Part shown: in pieces, positions 1 through 5,710 of the stretch
Layout: each line of letters begins with the position of its first letter
How positions within the stretch are numbered: position 1 is the first letter of the stretch
IMG/VR virus record: IMGVR_UViG_2703719354_000010
Reading direction: 5' to 3' (one strand)
Origin: a virus
Taxonomy: Duplodnaviria; Heunggongvirae; Uroviricota; Caudoviricetes
DNA length: 5,710 bases
Notes under the pieces: model-generated
Seen by the model: only the letters and a program-made list of their open reading frames with translations
What the model was told of the DNA's origin: nothing
Database searches by the model: none
Made by a program: the position numbers and the translations under genes

Positions 1-82
1 AGTCATATTCGCCCTGACTTTCCAGAACCATACGGACTGCCCGTTGACGGACTTCAGGGGAAAAACGAGTATTTTTAGTCAT
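1..82 (-). CDS. IS3-family transposase OrfA (HTH protein), N-terminal 27 codons only; 3' part lies outside the window
   Basis: The reverse complement of 1..82 translates as MTKNTRFSPEVRQRAVRMVLESQGEYD, which matches the N-terminus of IS629/IS1203-type OrfA as I recall it. ATG is the complement of 80..82, with AGAGG a few nt upstream. The ORF track misses it because the ORF has no stop inside the window. Confidence 0.8.
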   Translation of the reverse strand, partial: MTKNTRFSPEVRQRAVRMVLESQGEYD

Positions 83-136
83 CCTGTTTACCTCTTTCTC
101 AGGAAGTTTAGTCTCCAGGATTCCCGGGGCGGTTCA
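1..136 (-). mobile_element. Terminal ~136 bp of an IS3-family insertion sequence (IS629/IS1203-like end); the element continues beyond the left edge of the window
   Basis: On the - strand the outer end reads TGAACCGCCCCGGGAATCCTGGAGACTAAACTTCC... (reverse complement of 121..136 and inward), a TG-initiated terminal inverted repeat as in IS3-family elements, followed by AGAGG and the orfA ATG. Lambda ninB homology begins immediately at 137. Assignment to IS629 specifically is from memory. Confidence 0.8.
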
Positions 137-476
137 AACCATTCAGGAACGCAACCGCAGCTTAGACCAAAACAGGAAGCTATGGGCCTGCTTAGGTGAC
201 GTCTCTCGTCAGGTTGAATGGCATGGTCGCTGGCTGGATGCAGAAAGCTGGAAGTGTGTGTTTACCGCAGCATTAAAGCAGCAGGATGTTGTTCCTAACC
301 TTGCCGGGAATGGCTTTGTGGTAATAGGCCAGTCAACCAGCAGGATGCGTGTAAGCGAATTTGCGGAGCTATTAGAGCTTATACAGGCATTCGGTACAGA
401 GCGTGGCGTTAAGTGGTCAGACGAAGCGCGACTGGCTCTCGAATGGAAAGCGCGATGGGGAGACAGGGCGGCATGA
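137..476 (+). pseudogene. ninB: ninB (lambda Orf146 family recombination protein), 5'-truncated by the IS insertion; C-terminal ~112 codons remain
   Basis: Frame 0 from 138 reads TIQERNRSLDQNRKLWACLGDVSRQVEWHGRWLDAESWKCVFTAALKQQDVVPNLAGNGFVVIGQS...ARWGDRAA, ending at TGA 474..476. This is co-linear with the C-terminal two thirds of lambda NinB. The N-terminal part and start codon are absent, and the frame runs straight into the IS end at 136/137. Confidence 0.8.
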
Positions 477-655
477 GACGACAGCGACGAAGTTTCACCG
501 ACATCATCTGCGAAAACTGCAAATACCTTCCAACGAAACGCTCCAGAAATAAACGCAAGCCAATCCCAAAAGAATCTGACGTAAAAACCTTCAACTACAC
601 GGCTCACCTGTGGGATATCCGGTGGCTAAGACATTGTGCGAGGAAAACAAGGTGA
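473..655 (+). CDS. ninE: NinE-like protein (60 aa)
   Basis: ATG 473..475 overlaps the ninB stop (ATGA). Product [60 protein letters not shown] matches lambda NinE (orf60) in length and sequence as recalled. The track ORF 413..655 is the same frame with an upstream start. Confidence 0.75.
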   Translation: MRRQRRSFTDIICENCKYLPTKRSRNKRKPIPKESDVKTFNYTAHLWDIRWLRHCARKTR

Positions 656-822
656 TTGACCAAAATCGAAGTTACGAACAAGAAAGCGTCGAGCGAGCTT
701 TAACGTGCGCTAACTGCGGTCAGAAGCTGCATGTGCTGGAAGTTCACGTGTGTGAGCACTGCTGCGCAGAGCTGATGAGCGATTCGAATAGCTCGATGCA
801 CGAGGAAGAAGATGATGGCTAA
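652..822 (+). CDS. ninF: NinF-like protein (56 aa), probable GTG start coupled to the ninE stop
   Basis: GTG 652..654 overlaps the ninE stop TGA 653..655 (GTGA). Product (V/M)[55 protein letters not shown], with Cys-rich CxxC...CxxC motifs, matches lambda NinF (orf56). An in-frame ATG at 610 would give 70 aa but overlaps ninE by 46 nt. Confidence 0.65.
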   Translation: MIDQNRSYEQESVERALTCANCGQKLHVLEVHVCEHCCAELMSDSNSSMHEEEDDG

Positions 823-1435
823 ACCAGCGCGAAGACGATGTAAAAACGATGAATGTCGGGAATGGTTTCACCCTGCATTCGCTAATCAGTGGTGGTGCTC
901 TCCAGAGTGTGGAACCAAGATAGCACTCGAACGACGAAGCAAAGAACGCGAAAAAGCGGAAAAGGCAGAAAAGGCAGCAGAGAAGAAACGACGACGAGAG
1001 GAGCAGAAACAGAACGATAAACTTAAGATTCAAAAACTCGCCTTAAAGCCCCGCAGTTACTGGATTAAACAAGCCCAACAAGCCGTAAACGCCTTCATCA
1101 GAGAAAGAGACCGCGACTTACCATGTATCTCGTGCGGAACGCTCACGTCTGCTCAGTGGGATGCCGGACATTACCGGACAACTGCTGCGGCACCTCAACT
1201 CCGATTTGATGAACGCAATATTCACAAGCAATGCGTGGTGTGCAACCAGCACAAAAGCGGAAATCTCGTTCCGTATCGCGTCGAACTGATTAGCCGCATC
1301 GGGCAGGAAGCAGTAGAGGAAATCGAATCAAACCATAACCGCTATCGCTGGACTGTCGAAGAGTGCAGGGCCATCAAGGCGGAGTATCAACAGAAACTTA
1401 AAAAACTGCGAAACAGCAGAAGTGAGGTTGCATGA
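812..1435 (+). CDS. ninG: NinG / Rap (recombination-associated protein, lambda orf204 family)
   Basis: 207-codon [37 protein letters not shown]... with a charged [20 protein letters not shown] stretch and a C-terminal HNH-like CxxC region, co-linear with lambda NinG. GAGGA lies at 803..807; the alternative start at ATG 815 has better spacing. The stop overlaps the next gene's start (ATGA at 1432..1435). Confidence 0.9.
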   Translation: MMAKPARRRCKNDECREWFHPAFANQWWCSPECGTKIALERRSKEREKAEKAEKAAEKKRRREEQKQNDKLKIQKLALKPRSYWIKQAQQAVNAFIRERDRDLPCISCGTLTSAQWDAGHYRTTAAAPQLRFDERNIHKQCVVCNQHKSGNLVPYRVELISRIGQEAVEEIESNHNRYRWTVEECRAIKAEYQQKLKKLRNSRSEVA

Positions 1436-2097
1436 ATATCTACGAAAGAATTGATGGCAGCAAATACCGAAATATTTGGGTAGTTGGCGATCTGCACGGA
1501 TGCTACACGAACCTGATGAAAAAACTGGAGACGATAGGATTCGACACCAAAAAAGACCTGCTTATCTCGGTGGGCGATTTGGTTGATCGCGGTACAGAGA
1601 ACGTAGAATGCCTGGAATTAATCACATTCCCCTGGTTCAGAGCTGTACGTGGAAACCATGAGCAAATGATGATTGATGGCTTATCAGAGCGTGGAAACGT
1701 CAATCACTGGCTGCTTAATGGCGGTGGCTGGTTCTTTAATCTCGATTACGACAAAGAAATTCTGGCTAAAGCTCTTGCCCATAAAGCAGATGAACTTCCG
1801 TTAATCATCGAACTGGTGAGTAAAGGAAAAAAATATGTCATCTGCCACGCCGATTATCCTTGTGATAAATACGAGTTTGGAAAGCCAGTTGATCATCAGC
1901 AGGTAATCTGGAACCGCGAACGAATCAGCAACTCACAAGACGGGATCGTGAAAGAAATCAAAGGCGCGGACACGTTCATCTTTGGTCATACGCCAGCAGT
2001 GAAACCACTCAAATTTGCCAACCAGATGTATATCGATACTGGCGCAGTGTTCTGCGGAAACCTCACATTGATTCAGGTACAGGGAGAAGGCGCATGA
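1432..2097 (+). CDS. ninI: Serine/threonine protein phosphatase (lambda PPase, ORF221 family; calcineurin-like metallophosphoesterase)
   Basis: 221 aa, [32 protein letters not shown]...GDLVDRG...RGNHE..., carrying the canonical metallophosphatase motifs GDxHG, GDxxDRG and GNHE. Near-identical to lambda phosphatase as recalled. ATGA overlaps link it to ninG upstream and Q downstream. Confidence 0.93.
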   Translation: MNIYERIDGSKYRNIWVVGDLHGCYTNLMKKLETIGFDTKKDLLISVGDLVDRGTENVECLELITFPWFRAVRGNHEQMMIDGLSERGNVNHWLLNGGGWFFNLDYDKEILAKALAHKADELPLIIELVSKGKKYVICHADYPCDKYEFGKPVDHQQVIWNRERISNSQDGIVKEIKGADTFIFGHTPAVKPLKFANQMYIDTGAVFCGNLTLIQVQGEGA

Positions 2098-2717
2098 GAC
2101 TCGAAAGCGTAGCTAAATTTCATTCGCCAAAAAGCCCGATGATGAGCGACTCACCACGGGCTACGGCTTCTGACTCTCTTTCTGGTACTGATGTGATGGC
2201 TGCTATGGGGATGGCGCAATCACAAGCCGGATTCGGAATGGCTGCATTCTGCGGTAAGCATGAACTCAGCCAGAACGACAAACAAAAGGCTATCAACTAT
2301 CTGATGCAATTTGCACACAAGGTATCGGGGAAATACCGTGGTGTGGCAAAGCTCGAAGGAAATACTAAGGCAAAGGTACTGCAAGTGCTCGCAACATTCG
2401 CTTATGCGGATTATTGCCGTAGTGCCGCTACGCCGGGCGCAAGATGCAGAGATTGCCACGGTACAGGCCGTGCGGTTGATATAGCCAAAACAGAGCAGTG
2501 GGGGATAGTTGCTGAGAAAGAGTGCGGAAGATGTAAAGGCGTCGGTTATTCAAGAATGCCAGCAAGCGCCGCATATCGCGCTGTGACGATGCTAATCCCA
2601 AACCTTACCCAACCCACCTGGTCACGCACTGTTAAGCCGCTGTATGACGCTCTGGTTGTGCAATGCCACAAGGAAGAGTCAATCGCAGACAACATTTTGA
2701 ATGCGATCACACGTTAG
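2094..2717 (+). CDS. Q: Late gene antiterminator Q (lambda Q type)
   Basis: 207 aa, [83 protein letters not shown]...[12 protein letters not shown]...[10 protein letters not shown]..., same length as lambda Q and near-identical, including the zinc-binding Cys cluster. Followed by a pR'-like promoter. Confidence 0.95.
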   Translation: MRLESVAKFHSPKSPMMSDSPRATASDSLSGTDVMAAMGMAQSQAGFGMAAFCGKHELSQNDKQKAINYLMQFAHKVSGKYRGVAKLEGNTKAKVLQVLATFAYADYCRSAATPGARCRDCHGTGRAVDIAKTEQWGIVAEKECGRCKGVGYSRMPASAAYRAVTMLIPNLTQPTWSRTVKPLYDALVVQCHKEESIADNILNAITR

Positions 2718-2759
2718 CGCCATGATTGCCACGGATGGCAACATATTAACGGCATAATA

Positions 2760-2805
2760 TTGACTTTTTGAATAACTTTGGGGAAACTTGACACCAATAA
2801 TGGGC
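2760..2805 (+). promoter_or_regulatory. pR'-like late promoter with Q-utilisation (qut) region: -35 TTGACT (2760..2765), 17-nt spacer, -10 GAAACT (2783..2788), then a -10-like pause element AATAAT in the initial transcribed region
   Basis: About 45 nt after the Q stop the sequence aTTGACTttttgaataactttgggGAAACTtgacaccaataatggg is co-linear with lambda pR' (TTGACTtattgaataaaattgggTAAATTtgactcaacgatggg) as I recall it. Similarity to lambda ends near 2806. Confidence 0.6.
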
Positions 2806-2929
2806 GTTTTTTACATGTCATTGATGAGTCTCAATAACCTGCCGCCGAGTAGTTTTTATGCTCTGAATTGTATTTGTGTAGTAAACATGCTGACTGCAAT
2901 GTAATAGAGTTTTTTTAGCCTGTAACCTC

Positions 2930-2958
2930 TTGACGGCATTGAATTGCTTTTGTTATGA
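2930..2958 (+). promoter_or_regulatory. Possible sigma70 promoter inside the AT-rich island: TTGACG (2930..2935), 17-nt spacer, TTATGA (2953..2958)
   Basis: Good -35 hexamer, mediocre -10, located just upstream of the membrane-protein ORF. Pattern match only; AT-rich DNA produces many such matches. Confidence 0.25.
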
Positions 2959-3713
2959 GTTGTAAGCCAATGTTATCATCTTGTATTGGGGTGGTTATGA
3001 AGGATGGTGCGCTGCTCAGGAGTTCTTCACTTTTTATTGCCTACATGGGATGCCTTGGATGGGGGAGTGCTTATTTCTATGGATGGGGTACTTCTTTTTA
3101 CTACGGCTTCCCATGGTGGATTGTAGGTGCAGGTGTTGATGATGTTGCCAGAAGTTTATTTTTTGCAGTTATCGTCATTGCTATATTTCTTATCGGTTGG
3201 GGTATTGGTGTTGTATTCTTTTTCGCAGTGAAAAGAAAACATTCTATGCAAGAGCTAAATGTATTTCGCCTTTATTTTGCTGTGGAATTATTGTTTGTGC
3301 CGGCAATTATTGAGTTTTCTATATTGAGACAGAAGATTCAGGTACCTCTTTTGCTACTGTCAGCAGCGATTGCGCTGGCGGTTACAATTTCGATAAGATC
3401 TTATGGGCGATTTTTATCGGTATCATGCTTCTATGATAAGCCATTTATAAAAAAACATTTTTTTGAGATTGTGATGATTGCTTTTGTGGCATATTTCTGG
3501 CTTTTTTCATTTCTGACAGGATATTACAAACCACAGTTTAAGAAAGAATATGAAATGATTAATTATAATGATGGTTGGTATTATGTTCTTGCTCGTTATG
3601 ATAATTGTCTGGTTTTGTCTACTTCTTTCAATGCAGGTAGTAAAAGGTTTGTCATTTATCAATCAGCACAAGATAAGAATCTTCAGGTTGATATTGTAAG
3701 GACCAGAATTTAA
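2955..3713 (+). CDS. Hypothetical polytopic inner-membrane protein (252 codons from the first ATG; alternative starts ATG 2970 and ATG 2997 give 247 or 238 aa), function unknown; cargo (moron) gene
   Basis: A 759-nt ORF in DNA that is AT-rich by eye, where stop codons should be frequent, so it is very unlikely to be open by chance. The product has an aromatic/Gly-rich N-terminus (GWGSAYFYGWGTSFYYGFPWW) and at least four hydrophobic helix-length segments (FFAVIVIAIFLIGWGIGVVFFFAV, LYFAVELLFVPAIIEFSIL, VPLLLLSAAIALAVTISI, FFEIVMIAFVAYFWLFSFLTGYY). A ~60-aa polar C-terminal tail (KPQFKKEYEMINYNDGWYYVLARYDNC...DIVRTRI) follows. No convincing SD for any start. I do not recognise the family. Confidence 0.7.
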   Translation: MSCKPMLSSCIGVVMKDGALLRSSSLFIAYMGCLGWGSAYFYGWGTSFYYGFPWWIVGAGVDDVARSLFFAVIVIAIFLIGWGIGVVFFFAVKRKHSMQELNVFRLYFAVELLFVPAIIEFSILRQKIQVPLLLLSAAIALAVTISIRSYGRFLSVSCFYDKPFIKKHFFEIVMIAFVAYFWLFSFLTGYYKPQFKKEYEMINYNDGWYYVLARYDNCLVLSTSFNAGSKRFVIYQSAQDKNLQVDIVRTRI

Positions 3714-3846
3714 TTGGCTGCATAAATAATATTTTAAGTTGCAAGTTGGCTATTCGTAGGAATAGAACCTTAGGCATGCTGAATGCGTTTTCTGAACATT
3801 GTTTTATAAACTGTGTCTGCTTGCTGTTGTGATCCTGCTTTTAGTG

Positions 3847-3957
3847 ATGGTGATGATGGATTTCACCAGCAGGATAATGTTGGTACTGACTGATGGCGCT
3901 CTGGTCTGCGGCATTGTGGTATTGCTGTGGCCGATGATGAAAGAACAGAATGAATAA
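3847..3957 (+). CDS. Candidate small hydrophobic protein (36 aa from ATG 3847; in-frame GTG 3829 or TTG 3799 would give 42 or 52 aa)
   Basis: Frame 1 reads MVMMDFTSRIMLVLTDGALVCGIVVLLWPMMKEQNE then TAA 3955..3957: one transmembrane-length hydrophobic segment with a charged C-terminus. No SD and below the ORF-track size cut-off. The region is also open on the - strand (3841..4047), so coding status is unresolved. Confidence 0.25.
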   Translation: MVMMDFTSRIMLVLTDGALVCGIVVLLWPMMKEQNE

Positions 3958-4092
3958 TTCTTGACTTTTTTGTTTACTGTTTATTAAAAAATCAACCGCA
4001 TGGTGAATCCTCCTTGGAGGGGCTAAATGATCGAGTTTTAAGGGCACGTAGCGAGTTCTGTTTGATCATTGCAGAACTTAGCGGGAGGCGCC

Positions 4093-4203
4093 ATGCGTAC
4101 ATCACTAATGTTATTTCCTTCTATCATTTTCCTTGTGAGTTCTGGCTGCGCATGGCGCGGCCTTTTTTTTATGACCTGCCACTGGCAGATGGTCATCCTG
4201 TGA
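4093..4203 (+). CDS. Candidate 36-aa peptide with a lipoprotein-like signal sequence; overlaps the terminator hairpin and may be spurious
   Basis: GGGAGG (4083..4088) lies 4 nt upstream of ATG 4093. Product MRTSLMLFPSIIFLVSSGCAWRGLFFMTCHWQMVIL, with a positively charged n-region, hydrophobic core and Cys at position 19. The mature part would be only 17 aa, and the FF run comes from the terminator T-tract. Confidence 0.2.
   Translation: MRTSLMLFPSIIFLVSSGCAWRGLFFMTCHWQMVIL
4144..4170 (+). terminator. Rho-independent terminator: GC-rich hairpin GGCTGCGC-(ATG)-GCGCGGCC followed by T8
   Basis: Read directly: 8-bp stem 4144..4151 / 4155..4162 (seven Watson-Crick pairs and one G-U), 3-nt loop, then tttttttt at 4163..4170. 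The complementary strand has no T-tract after the hairpin, so it is oriented with the late operon. Confidence 0.7.
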
Positions 4204-4256
4204 TTTGATTCCGCTTCCGGCTTTTTAACTCTGTTCCTCTACACGGGAGAAATTCG

Positions 4257-5710
4257 ATGTCGATTAAACATTACGATGTTGTCAGGGCGGCGTCGCCGTC
4301 AGACCTTGCGGAAAAGCTGACACACAAACTGAAAGAGGGCTGGCAGCCATACGGCGGATCGGTTGCCATTACGCCGTACACACTGATGCAGGCGGTGGCT
4401 ATTGAAGGAGAGCCACAGGTCGGCCCTTCATCTGAGCCGGATTGGTACTACGTCATCGTACTGGCCGGGCAGTCCAATGCCATGGCTTACGGTGAAGGGC
4501 TTCCGCTGCCGGATTCATACGATGCTCCGGATCCGCGCATTAAACAGCTGGCGCGCCGCAGTACAGTGACGCCGGGCGGGGCTGCCTGCAGATATAACGA
4601 TATTATTCCGGCTGACCACTGTCTGCATGATGTGCAGGATATGAGTACGCTGAATCATCCGAGGGCTGACCTGAGCAAAGGGCAGTACGGCTGTGTCGGC
4701 CAGGGTTTACATATTGCCAAAAAACTGCTCCCGTATATCCCGAATAACGCGGGGATCCTGCTGGTACCATGCTGTCGTGGTGGTTCGGCATTTACCCAGG
4801 GCGCGGAGGGGACATTCAGCGAGTCCACGGGGGCCAGTCAGGATTCGGCACGCTGGGGGGTGGGCAAGCCGTTATATCAGGATCTGATTTCCCGCACAAA
4901 AGCGGCATTGCAGAAAAATCCCAAAAACGTTCTGCTGGCCGTCTGCTGGATGCAGGGTGAGTTTGACATGAGCGCCGCCACCCACGTACAGCAACCTGCG
5001 CTGTTTACAGCCATGCTGACACAGTTTCGTGCTGACCTCTCCGTGTTTAACGCGCAGTACCATGGTGGCAGTGCTGCAGATGTGCCGTGGGTTTGTGGTG
5101 ACACGACGTATTACTGGAAAAATACATACGCTACCCAGTACGACACCGTGTACGGCGGGGATAAAAACAGGGGGAGGGAGGGGGNNNNNNNNNNNCATGG
5201 TGGCAGTGCTGTAAATGTGCCGTGGATTTGTGGTGACACGACGTATTACTGGAAAAATACATACGCTACCCAGTACGACACCGTGTACGGCGGGTATAAA
5301 AACAGGGAGAGTGAGGGCGTTTATTTTGTGCCCTTCATGACAGACGGTAACGGCGTCAATACCGCCACTAACGCGCCGGCAGAAGATCCGGATATTCCGG
5401 CATCAGGATATTACGGTGCGGCATCGAGAACGAATGGAAACCAGGTATCATCAAACCGCCCGACACATTTCAGTTCATGGGCGCGCAGGAGCATTATTCC
5501 GGATCGTCTGGCAACCGCTATTCTGAACGCAGCCGGGCGCACCTCCGCCTTCATCAGTGGTAAGGCACCGGAAATCAAACCCTCGCCCGGCGGCAACACG
5601 CCATCGGGTCCGTCTGCAGATACGTCCGTTCGCACAATCTCCCTGCTGCCGGCAGCCGGAGAGGCTGCTGCGCAGGGCTGGAGCATTAAGGATGGCGGAA
5701 TTCAGTTGTC
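4257..5710 (+). CDS. nanS: Prophage-encoded sialate (9-O-acetyl-Neu5Ac) O-acetylesterase, NanS-p / YjhS family (SASA/SGNH-type esterase); 3'-partial, interrupted by a scaffold gap
   Basis: GGGAGA (4245..4250) lies 6 nt upstream of ATG 4257. Frame 0 is open from 4257 to the window end: MSIKHYDVVRAASPSDLAEKLTHKLKEGWQPYGGSVAITPYTLMQAVAIEGEPQ...YYVIVLAGQSNAMAYGEG...LLVPCCRGGSAF...CWMQGEFD... It has the N-terminal domain typical of these prophage esterases and a GQSN catalytic-serine motif. Missing from the ORF track because of the N run and no in-window stop. Confidence 0.88.
   Translation, partial: MSIKHYDVVRAASPSDLAEKLTHKLKEGWQPYGGSVAITPYTLMQAVAIEGEPQVGPSSEPDWYYVIVLAGQSNAMAYGEGLPLPDSYDAPDPRIKQLARRSTVTPGGAACRYNDIIPADHCLHDVQDMSTLNHPRADLSKGQYGCVGQGLHIAKKLLPYIPNNAGILLVPCCRGGSAFTQGAEGTFSESTGASQDSARWGVGKPLYQDLISRTKAALQKNPKNVLLAVCWMQGEFDMSAATHVQQPALFTAMLTQFRADLSVFNAQYHGGSAADVPWVCGDTTYYWKNTYATQYDTVYGGDKNRGREGXXXXHGGSAVNVPWICGDTTYYWKNTYATQYDTVYGGYKNRESEGVYFVPFMTDGNGVNTATNAPAEDPDIPASGYYGAASRTNGNQVSSNRPTHFSSWARRSIIPDRLATAILNAAGRTSAFISGKAPEIKPSPGGNTPSGPSADTSVRTISLLPAAGEAAAQGWSIKDGGIQL
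5061..5319. repeat. Direct duplication of ~124 bp flanking the N gap (copy 1 5061..5184, copy 2 5196..~5319); probable unmerged overlapping contig ends
   Basis: Both copies begin catggtggcagtgctg...gtgccgtgg...tgtggtgacacgacgtattactggaaaaatacatacgctacccagtacgacaccgtgtacggcggg. They differ at a few positions; copy 1 ends in a G-rich run (cagggggagggagggg) directly before the Ns, where copy 2 reads cagggagagtgagggcg. Confidence 0.85.
5185..5195. other. Scaffold/assembly gap (11 N)
   Basis: A run of n characters inside the nanS-p reading frame. Confidence 0.99.

Noticed and set aside
209-1033. Minus-strand ORFs 209..607, 409..594 and 710..1033 from the six-frame track
   Set aside because: They are antisense to the lambda-like ninB, ninE, ninF and ninG genes, which are well supported by recognisable products and start/stop coupling. 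They have no recognisable products and are treated as shadow ORFs.
1503-2459. Minus-strand ORFs 1503..1703 and 2220..2459
   Set aside because: Antisense to the phosphatase and Q genes respectively, with no start signals or recognisable products.
2803-2920. T-runs at 2806..2812, 2853..2857 and 2911..2917 as possible tR'-like terminators directly after pR'
   Set aside because: None is preceded by a stable GC-rich hairpin that I can fold by eye, so I treat them as AT-rich background. This is the weak point of the constitutive-transcription finding and should be checked computationally.
3999-4041. Strong SD sequences on both strands around the inverted repeat CCTCC-TT-GGAGG (4009..4020), each followed by a 4-5 codon mini-ORF (+ strand MIEF at 4027..4041; - strand MRLIF from complement of 4001)
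   Set aside because: The mini-ORFs are too short to call as genes, and the SD-like strings are two halves of one short palindrome. It could be a regulatory or protein-binding site but there is nothing to support a specific call.
3841-4047. Minus-strand 68-codon ORF ending in HHHHH
   Set aside because: The His run is simply the reverse complement of the gtgatggtgatgatg repeat. The ORF has a non-ATG start and no SD, and it overlaps a + strand hydrophobic ORF. Probably not coding, though not formally excluded.
4014-4208. Track ORF 4014..4208 (+, TTG start, 64 aa)
   Set aside because: It has a non-ATG start and runs through the terminator hairpin and T-tract in a different frame from the better-supported SD-ATG at 4093. 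No recognisable product.
2718-4256. tRNA genes (the ileZ-argN-argO type cluster found downstream of Q in Stx phages) or stx genes
   Set aside because: Looked by eye for T-loop (GTTCGAATC-like) motifs and cloverleaf-sized GC-balanced segments in the Q to nanS-p interval and found none. The interval is AT-rich and dominated by the membrane-protein ORF. A tRNAscan-SE or Infernal run would be decisive.
4603-5686. Track ORFs inside nanS-p (4603..4791 -, 4693..4887 +, 4769..4960 +, 4872..5198 -, 4877..5104 -, 5029..5214 +, 5411..5686 -)
   Set aside because: All overlap the esterase reading frame (frame 0, 4257..5710), which has a clear product identity. Several contain X from the N gap. They are out-of-frame or antisense artefacts of GC-rich coding DNA.
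1-5710. CRISPR array or other interspersed-repeat structure
   Set aside because: No regularly spaced direct repeats were seen. The only sizeable repeat is the duplication flanking the N gap.

Overview
This window is the nin / late-regulatory region of a lambda-like prophage (typical of E. coli, including EHEC lambdoid prophages), read left to right on the + strand. An IS3-family insertion sequence (IS629/IS1203-like end, orfA start on the - strand) sits at the left edge and truncates ninB. A translationally coupled block follows: ninE, ninF, ninG (rap), the lambda Ser/Thr phosphatase and the Q antiterminator, then a pR'-like late promoter. From about 2806 the sequence changes to an AT-rich island of roughly 1.4 kb that encodes a 252-codon polytopic membrane protein of unknown function (2955..3713). 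This island occupies the slot that holds tRNA and stx genes in Stx-converting phages and is the main candidate for an undescribed function. A strong intrinsic terminator (4144..4170) precedes a prophage sialate O-acetylesterase gene (nanS-p / YjhS family, 4257 to the window end). That gene contains an 11-N scaffold gap flanked by a duplicated ~124 bp segment, which looks like an assembly artefact. No tRNA, rRNA or CRISPR array was found. All protein identifications rest on recalled similarity to phage lambda and EHEC prophage proteins; no search was run.
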